A stretch of DNA of 64,000 nucleotides, taken from positions 36,841-100,840 of IMG/VR virus record IMGVR_UViG_3300017917_002759; one strand, 5' to 3'. How positions within the stretch are numbered: the first letter of the stretch is position 1; each line of letters starts with the position of its first letter. The position numbers and the translations under genes are program-made. Below, one piece after another: positions 40,647-50,477 of this stretch. The notes below the pieces were generated by a model. That model saw nothing but the letters and a program-made list of their open reading frames with translations. It was not told the DNA's origin and made no database searches. Origin of the DNA: a virus.

Positions 40647-41338
40647 AAGATATTATACCAGTATTCATTGGTTATGACCCCAGAGAAGCTATCGCCTTCC
40701 ACACTTGTGCCAATAGCATTATAAGAAATTCGTCAAGGCCTGTGTCTATAATACCAGTGGCTCTTAATCTATTCAAAGATTACACTGAAACACATACTGA
40801 TGGCAGCAATCATTTCATCTATACTAGATTTTTAGTGCCGTATTTGATGGGTTGGCAAGGTCATGCTATATTCATCGATGGTGATATGATCGTTCGGGGT
40901 GACATCGCAGAGCTATGGGACCTGCGCGAAATGGGCAAAGACGTACAGGTAGTTAAACATGACTACAAGACAAAGATGCCCGTGAAATATCTAGGATCAA
41001 AAAATGAAGACTATCCTAGAAAAAATTGGTCTAGTGTTATTTTGTGGAATTGTAATAGTTTTCCTAACAGGAAACTCACTCCTGAATTCATCCAGCGAGC
41101 CACAGGTGCCGAGCTACACCGCTTCTCGTGGTTAGCCGATGAGCGTATCGGAGAGTTACCTAAAGAGTGGAACTGGTTAGATGTCGAGTATGACTATAAT
41201 CCTGACGCTAAACTGGTACATTACACCCTAGGCACACCTTGCTTCCACGAATTTGCCACACAAGGATCATTTGCCAACGAATGGCACAGAGAAAGAGTGC
41301 TAACAGAGCACTGCCAACAGCATGATATTCTTAAGTAA
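40643..41338 (+). CDS. Glycosyltransferase (GT-A fold)
   Basis: FIGYDPRE, TRFLVP, FIDGDM, YPRKNWSS, HYTLGTP. Confidence 0.8.
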   Translation: MKDIIPVFIGYDPREAIAFHTCANSIIRNSSRPVSIIPVALNLFKDYTETHTDGSNHFIYTRFLVPYLMGWQGHAIFIDGDMIVRGDIAELWDLREMGKDVQVVKHDYKTKMPVKYLGSKNEDYPRKNWSSVILWNCNSFPNRKLTPEFIQRATGAELHRFSWLADERIGELPKEWNWLDVEYDYNPDAKLVHYTLGTPCFHEFATQGSFANEWHRERVLTEHCQQHDILK

Positions 41339-42113
41339 GAACAATCAAGACGAATATGTCAATATGTTTGCTCAGGGCTCGGGCACTAGAGCTATAAATT
41401 ACGAAATTTTTGACTACGCTGCCTCAAAAGAACCGTTAGTGATCAGAGGAATACTAAAAAAGAAATTGATCAAACAGTGTTGGCAAGACAGCAGAGACTT
41501 TTTTTACATCGACACTGGATATTTTGGCAACGAACGAACCGCTACTAATCCCAACGGGTGGAAATATTGGCACAGGATCGTGAAAAACGACCTACAGCAT
41601 GGAAAAATCATCCCAAGGCCTGATGATAGATTTCGTAAATTTAACAAAACTATAAATCCTTGGAAAAAATCTGGAAGGAAAATATTGATAGCAGCACCGG
41701 ATGAGAAGCCTTGTAAATTTTATGGCATTGACCGAGGGCAGTGGTTAAAAGAAACTGTGGAAACTATCAAAAAATACACCGATAGACCGGTAGAAATTCG
41801 CGAACGTGCGAAAAATAGGATTGATAGGATCAAACACTCAACACTACACGAAGCGTTAGATGATGATGTTTTTGCTCTAGTGACCTATAACAGTGTAGCA
41901 GCCACAGAATCTGTGTTCTATGGCATTCCTGCCTTTACACTAGCACCTACAAATGCCGCTAGTCCAGTATCAAGCCAGGATTTGAGCCAGATAGACAGCC
42001 CCTACTATCCAGCCGCCGATAAAGTATATCAATGGGCTTGCCACTTGGCCTATGGTCAGTTCCATGTCAGTGAAATGAAAGACGGAAGTGCTTGGAGAAT
42101 ATTAAAGGAATAA
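41322..42113 (+). CDS. KpsS/KpsC-like (Capsule_synth) GT-B glycosyltransferase 1
   Basis: YIDTGYF, TYNSVAATESVFYGIP, W..HLAYGQF..EM..G..W. Confidence 0.55.
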   Translation: MIFLSKNNQDEYVNMFAQGSGTRAINYEIFDYAASKEPLVIRGILKKKLIKQCWQDSRDFFYIDTGYFGNERTATNPNGWKYWHRIVKNDLQHGKIIPRPDDRFRKFNKTINPWKKSGRKILIAAPDEKPCKFYGIDRGQWLKETVETIKKYTDRPVEIRERAKNRIDRIKHSTLHEALDDDVFALVTYNSVAATESVFYGIPAFTLAPTNAASPVSSQDLSQIDSPYYPAADKVYQWACHLAYGQFHVSEMKDGSAWRILKE

Positions 42114-42114
42114 C

Positions 42115-43134
42115 ATGAAAGTTTTAGTTAGTATCACATCTGGCTCAAATAATACAGAACGCAATATATTAAGATCGTTCTATGACGGAATCGAAAAGTA
42201 TTATTTTCAATATTTTAAATGCTCGGATCACAAGACTTTAAAAAAGGTACATGATATTGATCTAAGATTGAGCTATGATCCAGAAATTGAAAAATGTGAT
42301 GTAGCTGTTCAATTTGGTACAGTTAAAGAAAGAAATAATGAACATCATATCACAAGACAAAGTATAAGAAAAAATTCTAAAACAGTAGTTTATATTGAAA
42401 CTCCATTGCTAGGAAGAAAAATTGTAAAAAAAAGCGACCATGAATTTTATCGTGTAGCTGTTAATGGATTTTTAAATAACGACGGTATTTTTTATCAAAC
42501 AGATAATTTAGATAGAAACCGATTACAACTGTTAAAAAATAGTGGTTTGTATATCAAAGATTTTACAGGCTGGAAAAATCATAACGATGGCGCTATTTTA
42601 TTACTGTTACAATTACCTGGAGACGCCAGTCTTAGAGGACAGAGTCATAGCGAATGGTTTTTAGAAACTGTTGATAAAATTAGAAAAATTACTGACAGAG
42701 AAATAATAGTTAGATTTCATCCAGCAATGAGTGAAAAAGGTCGAGCTGAATTTTTTTCTGAAATTAAAGACGTATTTTTTAAAAATTACAAAAATATAAT
42801 TTGGTCTGATGGTATTGAATATCCTTTAGAAAAAGATTTTGAAAGATCGGGCATCTGTGTTTCATATACCAGCGGATCTTGTATCGATGCTGTGTTGTTT
42901 GGACTTCCGGTCATTGCCATGGATGAAGGAAATTTAGCATACTCTATATCTAGCAGACGTGTTGAAGATATATCAAATCCTAAATTAGCCTCAACGACTG
43001 AAATACAAGAATGGGTGCTCTTATTGGCCAATAGTCAATGGAATGAACAAGAGATGTTAAATGGCACTGTTTGGTCAAAAATTTATCCTATTGTTCTTGA
43101 ACAATTAAAAAATGATAGTAACAACGTATCATAA
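42115..43134 (+). CDS. KpsS/KpsC-like glycosyltransferase 2
   Basis: LLQLPGDAS, VRFHP, YTSGSCIDAVLFGLP. Confidence 0.6.
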   Translation: MKVLVSITSGSNNTERNILRSFYDGIEKYYFQYFKCSDHKTLKKVHDIDLRLSYDPEIEKCDVAVQFGTVKERNNEHHITRQSIRKNSKTVVYIETPLLGRKIVKKSDHEFYRVAVNGFLNNDGIFYQTDNLDRNRLQLLKNSGLYIKDFTGWKNHNDGAILLLLQLPGDASLRGQSHSEWFLETVDKIRKITDREIIVRFHPAMSEKGRAEFFSEIKDVFFKNYKNIIWSDGIEYPLEKDFERSGICVSYTSGSCIDAVLFGLPVIAMDEGNLAYSISSRRVEDISNPKLASTTEIQEWVLLLANSQWNEQEMLNGTVWSKIYPIVLEQLKNDSNNVS

Positions 43135-44044
43135 AACAGTACCCAATGCTAAAAGCCAAGAGAAAATCGATCTCTTGAGATTTTTCTCACAGGGAGTAAC
43201 TGCTGCTGGTGATACCGCAGTTGATTCAAATGACTATGTCTATAGGCCCTCAGACGTGGCCGTTATACAAGGTTGGATTAATATAGGATCTAAGACCGGA
43301 CAACACTTAACATTAAGAAATACTGTAATTAACAATCAATTAAAAACCCGCAGACATGTTGTTATAGCAGACAGCAATTTATTTTTGTATTCGAACACAA
43401 CTAATCCTTTACATTATCTACGCTATAGTTTTAACGGAGTTTTTCCTTCAACGGGAAATTACTGCGACACAACTGTAGATCCTCTAAGATGGCAAAAAAT
43501 CAGCAGAGATCTAGGAATAACGTTAAAAGATTATAAGACCACAGGTAATCATATATTGTTATGCTTACAACGTAATGGCGGGTGGAGTATGGCCGATTAT
43601 GATGTCCAGGATTGGACTTTATCGGTAATCAATCAGATTAGAAAATTTTCAGATAGACCCATAATAATTCGAGGGCACCCTGGTGATAAAGCAGCTCGAG
43701 AATACCTAGATCCTCGCAGTCCTAAATGTAGATTAAAGAATTTACCTAACGTAACCTTTAGCGATTTTAATAAAACTTTACTACAAGACCTCAGCGGTGC
43801 CTGGGCTGTAGTTAATCACAATTCTAGTCCTGCAGTGGGCGCCGCTATCGAAGGATATCCTATTTTTGTCACAGATTCTCTAAAAAGCCAATGTAGAGAA
43901 ATTGCTAATACAGACTTGTCTAAAATAGAAAACCCACTGATGCCAGATAGACAAAAGTGGGTTGAAAGACTGTCAATGTTTCACTGGAAGTTTGATGAGT
44001 TAAAAAGCGGCGAGTGTTGGTCGCATATGAGAAAATTTATTTAA
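43112..44044 (+). CDS. KpsS/KpsC-like glycosyltransferase 3
   Basis: LCLQR, IRGHP, HNSSPAVGAAIEGYP. Confidence 0.6.
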   Translation: MIVTTYHKTVPNAKSQEKIDLLRFFSQGVTAAGDTAVDSNDYVYRPSDVAVIQGWINIGSKTGQHLTLRNTVINNQLKTRRHVVIADSNLFLYSNTTNPLHYLRYSFNGVFPSTGNYCDTTVDPLRWQKISRDLGITLKDYKTTGNHILLCLQRNGGWSMADYDVQDWTLSVINQIRKFSDRPIIIRGHPGDKAAREYLDPRSPKCRLKNLPNVTFSDFNKTLLQDLSGAWAVVNHNSSPAVGAAIEGYPIFVTDSLKSQCREIANTDLSKIENPLMPDRQKWVERLSMFHWKFDELKSGECWSHMRKFI

Positions 44045-44054
44045 GGACAATGTT

Positions 44055-44708
44055 ATGTGGATATTTGCTACACGATCAAGACCAGAAAATTGTAAAAGAT
44101 TTGTCGAAGCTTGGACTAAGACCAAGTCATCGACACCTGTATATCTTAGAATCGATGATGATGATCCAACTTTAGAAGAATTAAAACAAATTAATTGGCC
44201 GAAAGAATTCGAAGTTGTTATTGGGCCTAGGGAAGGTTTAAGAGCGGCCTTAAACGAAGGATTTAAAAAATATCCAAATAAATCTTGGTATGGATTACTA
44301 GCCGATGATCTTGTTCCGCAAACCGAATATTGGGATAAAATATTAGTAGATAAAGCAGGTTTAAAAGAGATATCGTATCCAAACGATTTAGGTGGCAAGC
44401 CGAGATTACCTACACATCCGGTAGTTGGGGGAGACTTGGTTAGAGAGGTAGGATGGTTTGGTTTTCCTAAAGCTAATCATTTATACTTAGATACCGCTTG
44501 GAAAGTTATCGGAGAAGGTATTGGTAAGTTACATAGATTAGAAAATGTAATAGTAGAACACGTACATCCTTTTTGGAACAAAGCTCCTAAAGATTTAGTA
44601 TATTCTGAAAATAAACAAAGAGCAGTCAATGATAAAGAAGAATTTTTAAAATGGTCAGCTGATGAAGCTCCTGATATAATTAAAAGATTAAAAAATAAAG
44701 GATTTTAA
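44055..44708 (+). CDS. Glycosyltransferase (GT2-like)
   Basis: TRSRP, IDDDD, LADDL, VEHVHP. Confidence 0.7.
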   Translation: MWIFATRSRPENCKRFVEAWTKTKSSTPVYLRIDDDDPTLEELKQINWPKEFEVVIGPREGLRAALNEGFKKYPNKSWYGLLADDLVPQTEYWDKILVDKAGLKEISYPNDLGGKPRLPTHPVVGGDLVREVGWFGFPKANHLYLDTAWKVIGEGIGKLHRLENVIVEHVHPFWNKAPKDLVYSENKQRAVNDKEEFLKWSADEAPDIIKRLKNKGF

Positions 44709-44710
44709 CA

Positions 44711-45448
44711 ATGAATCTAGTGTGGTCCGGGTTAGCTGATAAAGAATATTGGAATTATATAGCAAAATACTGCTTGCCTTCCTGGAATAAACTACCAGGA
44801 AAGAAATATGTAGTTTCTGATACAGATTTACCAGGCATCGGCTTTGCCGATATTATTAATTGGGAAAGTGTAGTTAATAGAAATTCTAATTTTTTAAAAC
44901 TCACTGATCGATTAAAACCTTTAAATTTTTGGAGGAAGATGCAGAGTCAAGTGTGGGCTATTAGAAATCTTTCAACTTGTGATTTTTTAATTCTACTAGA
45001 TACTGATATAGAAATTTTAGATTTTAATGAAGAAATATTTTTTGATTATTTAAAAAAATTATCTGATTCCGATTATGTATGGGCCACTGGGCAATCTAAT
45101 AGAGGAGGTCACGATTCGGGAATGATAGTATTAAACACAAAGCATCCTGATCTCAAAAAACTAACTGATCATTATGAAAACATTTGGGAATCCGGAGATA
45201 TTTTTAAATTAGATAAATGGTATGACGGTCATGCAGTTGAGAGTATGTTTTCTACTTTTCCGTCGATAAAAATTAAAAATTTAGATCTCGGTCAAGGCTT
45301 TCATTATTATGATTTTGATGTTGTGCATTACGGTAGTAAAATACCAAAAGCCTCAAGAATTGCTCATCAAGGTTCGGGAAAATATCTTGTAGAAAAAAAA
45401 CTAGAAGAATCGCCGATTAAAAAATTAAAAAGCATTCAGGACCAATAA
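44711..45448 (+). CDS. Putative nucleotide-diphospho-sugar transferase
   Basis: LLDTDI, HDSGM, WYDG, VHYG; resembles convergent neighbour. Confidence 0.6.
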   Translation: MNLVWSGLADKEYWNYIAKYCLPSWNKLPGKKYVVSDTDLPGIGFADIINWESVVNRNSNFLKLTDRLKPLNFWRKMQSQVWAIRNLSTCDFLILLDTDIEILDFNEEIFFDYLKKLSDSDYVWATGQSNRGGHDSGMIVLNTKHPDLKKLTDHYENIWESGDIFKLDKWYDGHAVESMFSTFPSIKIKNLDLGQGFHYYDFDVVHYGSKIPKASRIAHQGSGKYLVEKKLEESPIKKLKSIQDQ

Positions 45449-46251
45449 GCTTCTGTTCTTTTAACTTTTAGATCTTTTAAATTACTACGACCTTGAGTTT
45501 TGCGATCTCCTTTAAGATGATCTAACCATGCTCCCCATTGACTATTAATTAAGGGGTGACCTTCCCCCTTAATAATTCCCTTGCTCCAATTATGCTTCTT
45601 TAAAAAAGGCATACGATCTTTCACTGAATCAAACACATAACTATCATGCCACTCATCTAGTAAAAATATACCGCTTTCTGCGTTATCATACATTCTTTGA
45701 AATTCTAATAAAAACATTTTAGTTTGTTCCGATTTAAGATTCAAAGAATATAAACCGCATTCGGTATATTTTCCTTCTCTACCTAAATAACAAATATCTG
45801 TATCTTGAGGAATCATTCTTTCTAAATCAGACACTGTGATAGAACTATGGCATATTGTATCGGCGTCCATCCAAATCAACACATCGGCATCGATATTTTT
45901 TGCACAGTGAAAAATAGCATAAACTTTATGAGCAAATCTCACAGCGTCCCACTTAAAGGGCTTATGGCTATCTTTTCTTGCAGCCAATCTCGAAAAGCTT
46001 GAAATATCACCATTGGCATGCGGAATGTTTTTCCATTTTTCCTTAAACTTTTTTAAATCAGGAACTCCGGTATCCATATCGGTGAGAGTAATTCTAGAAT
46101 GATCGGATATCCTCGGATTACAATTTTCCGGATATAGATGTAAAATAACTTCTTTAGGCCAATTTTGTAAATATGTGTCTATCATACGCTGTGCGTATGT
46201 CTTTAGACCGTTTCCGTGAAAAGTAGTAACTACTGCAAATTTTCTAGTCAT
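45436..46251 (-). CDS. Putative nucleotide-diphospho-sugar transferase
   Basis: RFAHKVYA, WMDAD, ECG, EWHDSYVFD, HLKG. Confidence 0.7.
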   Translation of the reverse strand: MTRKFAVVTTFHGNGLKTYAQRMIDTYLQNWPKEVILHLYPENCNPRISDHSRITLTDMDTGVPDLKKFKEKWKNIPHANGDISSFSRLAARKDSHKPFKWDAVRFAHKVYAIFHCAKNIDADVLIWMDADTICHSSITVSDLERMIPQDTDICYLGREGKYTECGLYSLNLKSEQTKMFLLEFQRMYDNAESGIFLLDEWHDSYVFDSVKDRMPFLKKHNWSKGIIKGEGHPLINSQWGAWLDHLKGDRKTQGRSNLKDLKVKRTEAYWS

Positions 46252-46309
46252 TTGATTTAAGAATAAAGTTGTCTGTTATTTATTGATCAAAAAAAGCAGA
46301 TAAAAATAC

Positions 46310-46338
46310 TTGACTTTCAAAACCTAGCCTGTTATTAT
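46310..46338 (+). promoter_or_regulatory. sigma70-type promoter
   Basis: TTGACT-N17-TATTAT, 6 nt before ATG. Confidence 0.6.
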
Positions 46339-46344
46339 AGTAAT

Positions 46345-47535
46345 ATGACATCATCCACATTTGTCGAAGACGCTTTTATAAAATTTTATCTATTAGTTGA
46401 TAGTGATGTAATCTCTGCTGAACATCGAGATCTATTACCAATTGAAAGCTTTTACGATGTTATTACTTCTGGAAAACAACTAACCAAAAGCCAATCAAAT
46501 TTTATTTTGAGAATATTGTCAAAATATAAACAGGACATAGAAAGCAGGATTCCAGATATTGATCAGATAATCGATAACCCAAAATGGAAGGGGTCGTTTA
46601 GAGAGATCGATAGAAGCAAAAGAATATCTCTATCCGAAGATTCTAATAGAATAGTTTATATCGATTCTAAATTTCCTTACGCATTCAAAGACACATTCTT
46701 TAAAGAATTTATTTCTAGTGCTAGAAATATCAGCCAATGGGACAACGAAAATAAATGTCAGAAAATTAAATTACTAGACGTCAATCTAGTACATTTTTAC
46801 GAACAGGCCAAAAAATATAATTTCGAAATCGATCATGAAATAACTGATTTAGTTGAGAGTGTAGAAGAAATATGGAATGATCAGGATTCCTATATTCCTT
46901 ATAGTGATATCGTCGATGGTGCTATCGTATTAAGAAATGCGACCGAGTCAGCTACTGAGTATTTTGAAAAGAAAAAGACCGGTAATATCGATAATGACTC
47001 GTTTATAGCGAAAACACTCGGCCACCCTGTTAAAAATTTAGAACCAGTTAGATTCTTGGATAAAATAGTTTCTTCTGAAGAAAATAAATTTTGGATCAAA
47101 GATAATTCGACACTCATTCATATTATTAAACAGATTAAAGATTGGCCTATTGTTGTAATCTTAGACAGAACCTCTGACGCCGAAAAATGGTGTAGAAATT
47201 TTGTTAATGATTGCTCAGAGAATTCTTTTAATTATAAAATTAAAATATGTTTCAGACATTCTAACGAAACTCCTGACGGTATAAACTTTAATCAATGGAT
47301 TAAAACTAACGGGTTAGGTGCTGATATGGCCGAAGGGCAGATTTTTGTCTGTCACCACAAACCTCCAAAGTGGATGTTTAAAGAAGATTTTAAAATTAAA
47401 ATGATCGTAAGTAACGTACTGTATCCTAGTACCAATAGCATTTCATCTAACCTATTAGATAATCATCCTATGGTATTTTTTCTAGGAGATATACGCCCAT
47501 CAGAAAAGAGGAATAAGAAAATTGTCGAGCTGTAA
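46345..47535 (+). CDS. Hypothetical protein preceding uvsW
   Basis: 396-aa ORF overlapping the helicase start. Confidence 0.7.
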   Translation: MTSSTFVEDAFIKFYLLVDSDVISAEHRDLLPIESFYDVITSGKQLTKSQSNFILRILSKYKQDIESRIPDIDQIIDNPKWKGSFREIDRSKRISLSEDSNRIVYIDSKFPYAFKDTFFKEFISSARNISQWDNENKCQKIKLLDVNLVHFYEQAKKYNFEIDHEITDLVESVEEIWNDQDSYIPYSDIVDGAIVLRNATESATEYFEKKKTGNIDNDSFIAKTLGHPVKNLEPVRFLDKIVSSEENKFWIKDNSTLIHIIKQIKDWPIVVILDRTSDAEKWCRNFVNDCSENSFNYKIKICFRHSNETPDGINFNQWIKTNGLGADMAEGQIFVCHHKPPKWMFKEDFKIKMIVSNVLYPSTNSISSNLLDNHPMVFFLGDIRPSEKRNKKIVEL

Positions 47536-48979
47536 GCTAATAATCAAAGATGAAGTCAATATTAAACTAGAAGGACTAGATTTAGAAACTAGAAGAAAGT
47601 TAGCCAACAAGTTTAAATTTGATGTGCCTTGGGCAAGATATCAACCAGCATATAGATTAGGTCGATGGGACGGTACTGTTAGTTTTTTCAGTATCGGCGG
47701 CACAGGTTATATGTGCCATTTAGAAGAAATATTAGAGATTGTTACCCGCGACGGCTACGAAATCGATGTAGAGGATTATAGAAATCCTATCGACTTGCAA
47801 TTTAACAAGGTGACAGAAAATTATTGGGCAGATCAAGGTAAAGTATGGCCACAAGGCCATATCATGGCAGGTCAACCTATCACGCTTAGAGATTATCAGT
47901 ATGAGGCCGTCAATAAATTTTTAGAAAATCCGCAATGCCTACAAGAAATCGCCACAGGTGCTGGTAAAACCATTACCACTGCTACACTGAGTCATTGTGT
48001 GGAAAAATATGGTCGTAGTGTGATCATTGTTCCTAATAAAAGTCTTGTAGAACAGACAGAAGAGGATTTTGTAAATCTTGGACTAGATGTAGGTGTCTAT
48101 TATGGTGATCGAAAAGAACTAGGAAAAACGCACACTATCTGCACATGGCAAAGCCTTAACGTTCTAGATAAGAAATCTAAAGATAATACCGATGCACTAA
48201 CATTGGCAGAATTTTTCGAAGGTGTTGTAGCAGTCATCGTCGATGAAGTTCATCAGGCCAAAGCAGATGTATTAAGGTCTATTCTTACGCAAAATCTTTC
48301 AAAGTGCCCTATAAGATGGGGACTTACTGGTACAATACCAAAAGAAAAATTTGAGTTTCAAAGCATATTAGCCAGCCTTGGGCCAGTCATTAACAGAATC
48401 ACCGCCCATGACTTACAACAAAAAGATGTATTGGCGCAGTGTCATGTTGAGGTGGTACAGACTGTAGAAATCAAAGATTTTAGAAGCTATCCTGAAGAAT
48501 TAAAATATCTAGTCACTGACGAAAAACGAATAGATTGGTTAGCCAATAAAATTAAAAACATCGCTGCCAACGGTAACACTTTAGTTTTGATCGATCGTAT
48601 CGAAACAGGAAAGATGTTAAAAGAACGATTACCAGATGCTGACTTTATCAGTGGTGCGGTAAAATCGACAGAGAGAAAAGAGACCTATGACGAAATTAAG
48701 ACTAGCGATAATAAGATCATTGTCGCGACTTATGGAGTTGCTGCTGTGGGTATTAATATTCCCCGTATTTTTAATCTCGTACTTGTGGAACCCGGTAAGA
48801 GCTTTGTCCGCGTTATCCAAAGTATCGGGCGAGGAGTACGTAAGGCAGAAGACAAAGACTTTGTGCAGATATGGGACATCACGGGCGGAACCAAATATGC
48901 CAAACGACATTTAACTGAGAGAAAAAAGTTTTACAAGGATGCCAAATATCCTTTCAATTTAACCAAGGTAACAATATGA
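47522..48979 (+). CDS. uvsW: SF2 DNA helicase
   Basis: LRDYQ, ATGAGKT, VDEVH, GLTGT, QSIGRGVR. Confidence 0.92.
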   Translation: MSSCKLIIKDEVNIKLEGLDLETRRKLANKFKFDVPWARYQPAYRLGRWDGTVSFFSIGGTGYMCHLEEILEIVTRDGYEIDVEDYRNPIDLQFNKVTENYWADQGKVWPQGHIMAGQPITLRDYQYEAVNKFLENPQCLQEIATGAGKTITTATLSHCVEKYGRSVIIVPNKSLVEQTEEDFVNLGLDVGVYYGDRKELGKTHTICTWQSLNVLDKKSKDNTDALTLAEFFEGVVAVIVDEVHQAKADVLRSILTQNLSKCPIRWGLTGTIPKEKFEFQSILASLGPVINRITAHDLQQKDVLAQCHVEVVQTVEIKDFRSYPEELKYLVTDEKRIDWLANKIKNIAANGNTLVLIDRIETGKMLKERLPDADFISGAVKSTERKETYDEIKTSDNKIIVATYGVAAVGINIPRIFNLVLVEPGKSFVRVIQSIGRGVRKAEDKDFVQIWDITGGTKYAKRHLTERKKFYKDAKYPFNLTKVTI

Positions 48980-49482
48980 GAATACTAACACTAAACAATA
49001 CAGCTTTTGATTTAAATGAGCTACCAGAGGACGTAGAAGAGGACACAAGATTTTCGGTCTTAGATAATTCTACCCCCTCAGAACCAGATTTCTATTTTAT
49101 GCCATTGATTTTTTTAGAATCATTTAACAGTCCAGCAATAGTTTTAAAAATCGGTGGTAATGAAATACAGATGCCTTTAGATTGGAGTATGGTTGTTGGA
49201 GATAAAGAATGCGGCATGGATCCAGAGGTCTTACCTTTGACTAGCATTAACGAACGAGGATTTGACGCATTTGTTTTTAATCCCATAAAAGGTTTTAAAG
49301 CTGAATATATGAGCATAGAGTTAGTTAATATCTATAATGATGTAAAATGGTATTTTCCTAAAATGAAAAATAATCAATTGCTTACCGTTCCAATTTCTGA
49401 AGGACATAATCCTCCATGTGCATTTTTCTGTAAAGAAATTTCTAGACAGAGCGAAATAATCCAATTAGACAAAGTAATCTAA
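48976..49482 (+). CDS. Hypothetical beta-rich protein
   Basis: ATGA-coupled to uvsW. Confidence 0.7.
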   Translation: MRILTLNNTAFDLNELPEDVEEDTRFSVLDNSTPSEPDFYFMPLIFLESFNSPAIVLKIGGNEIQMPLDWSMVVGDKECGMDPEVLPLTSINERGFDAFVFNPIKGFKAEYMSIELVNIYNDVKWYFPKMKNNQLLTVPISEGHNPPCAFFCKEISRQSEIIQLDKVI

Positions 49483-49727
49483 TGCCGCTAGACACTATGG
49501 GAATCTACTCAGAAACCTCCAACGAGTCTTTTAAAAGAAGATGCATTGGATGGCAAAGAAAATTTAGTTTATTGCCAAGGCGATGCTATTATACTGATAA
49601 ATCGATTTGGTTTAAGAGAGGATATAAAGGAACCGAAATGATATGCGGTCCAGGAGAGCCTGTATTTCAACATAGATGGGTTCATCCAGATGAATATCTA
49701 TTTTTAAAAATCAAAGGAACTATATAA
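49482..49727 (+). CDS. Hypothetical protein
   Basis: TAATG-coupled ORF. Confidence 0.55.
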   Translation: MPLDTMGIYSETSNESFKRRCIGWQRKFSLLPRRCYYTDKSIWFKRGYKGTEMICGPGEPVFQHRWVHPDEYLFLKIKGTI

Positions 49728-50002
49728 TGGGATCTTTAAAACCCGGAGCAACATACATATACGAACGAAACGAAGGAACGGTATATGCTAGAGAAGCAGG
49801 TGCTGATCCTAGCACCCGAATTGAAGTAGGTTGGAACTATGATCGTCGAACCAGTGACGGCCGCCCGTTGCATGAACATTTAATGGATGCCAAACTTTGG
49901 GGAGAAATACATCGTGCTGCTCGAACAAATCCTACTTTACAAGAAGCACTAGATCGTGTTAAAATAATATACGAACTAAGTAGAGACCACCATGCCAAAT
50001 AA
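49727..50002 (+). CDS. Hypothetical protein
   Basis: TAATG-coupled ORF. Confidence 0.65.
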   Translation: MGSLKPGATYIYERNEGTVYAREAGADPSTRIEVGWNYDRRTSDGRPLHEHLMDAKLWGEIHRAARTNPTLQEALDRVKIIYELSRDHHAK

Positions 50003-50477
50003 ACATATAGACCTTTTTAAAGAAATGATCCCATCAGTTGATATGGGACTAAAAGATCTTTGGGATGCTGCTACCGAAGAAGGTCAAAAAGAAATTAAGG
50101 GAGACTTATGGAACCTTACCCGCTATATTAGTTCTGTAAAAGGTGGTAGCCGAGAAATCCAAGAACATTTTGTTCTAACAGTTAATGAATTTTATAACAA
50201 AAACTGGGCACAGATTTCTAAACATCCGAAGCTACAGTGGATGACTTTGTGCATGGCAAGTCATGAAACAAAAAAAACATTTTTTCATGAATGGATTCCT
50301 TTAAAAAGAAAAGCGGAAGGATCGAACAAACGTGTTAGATTTTTAGCAGAGGTTTATCCTAATGCTAAGATGGACGATTTAGAGTTGTTGGCACAGGTTA
50401 TGGACGTTAAAGAATTAAAACAATTGGCAAAAGATCTAGGTTGGGATGATAAGCAAATTAATGAGCTCAAACTATAA
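49992..50477 (+). CDS. Putative clamp-loader small subunit (gp62-like)
   Basis: Size and RYISS...VNE...HPKLQW...WI pattern; replication context. Confidence 0.45.
   Translation: MPNKHIDLFKEMIPSVDMGLKDLWDAATEEGQKEIKGDLWNLTRYISSVKGGSREIQEHFVLTVNEFYNKNWAQISKHPKLQWMTLCMASHETKKTFFHEWIPLKRKAEGSNKRVRFLAEVYPNAKMDDLELLAQVMDVKELKQLAKDLGWDDKQINELKL

Noticed and set aside
36809-46251. Host-derived LPS/capsule locus (bacterial contamination or prophage flank)
   Set aside because: Embedded between phage uvsY and uvsW, carries phage late motifs, and lacks export or polymerase genes
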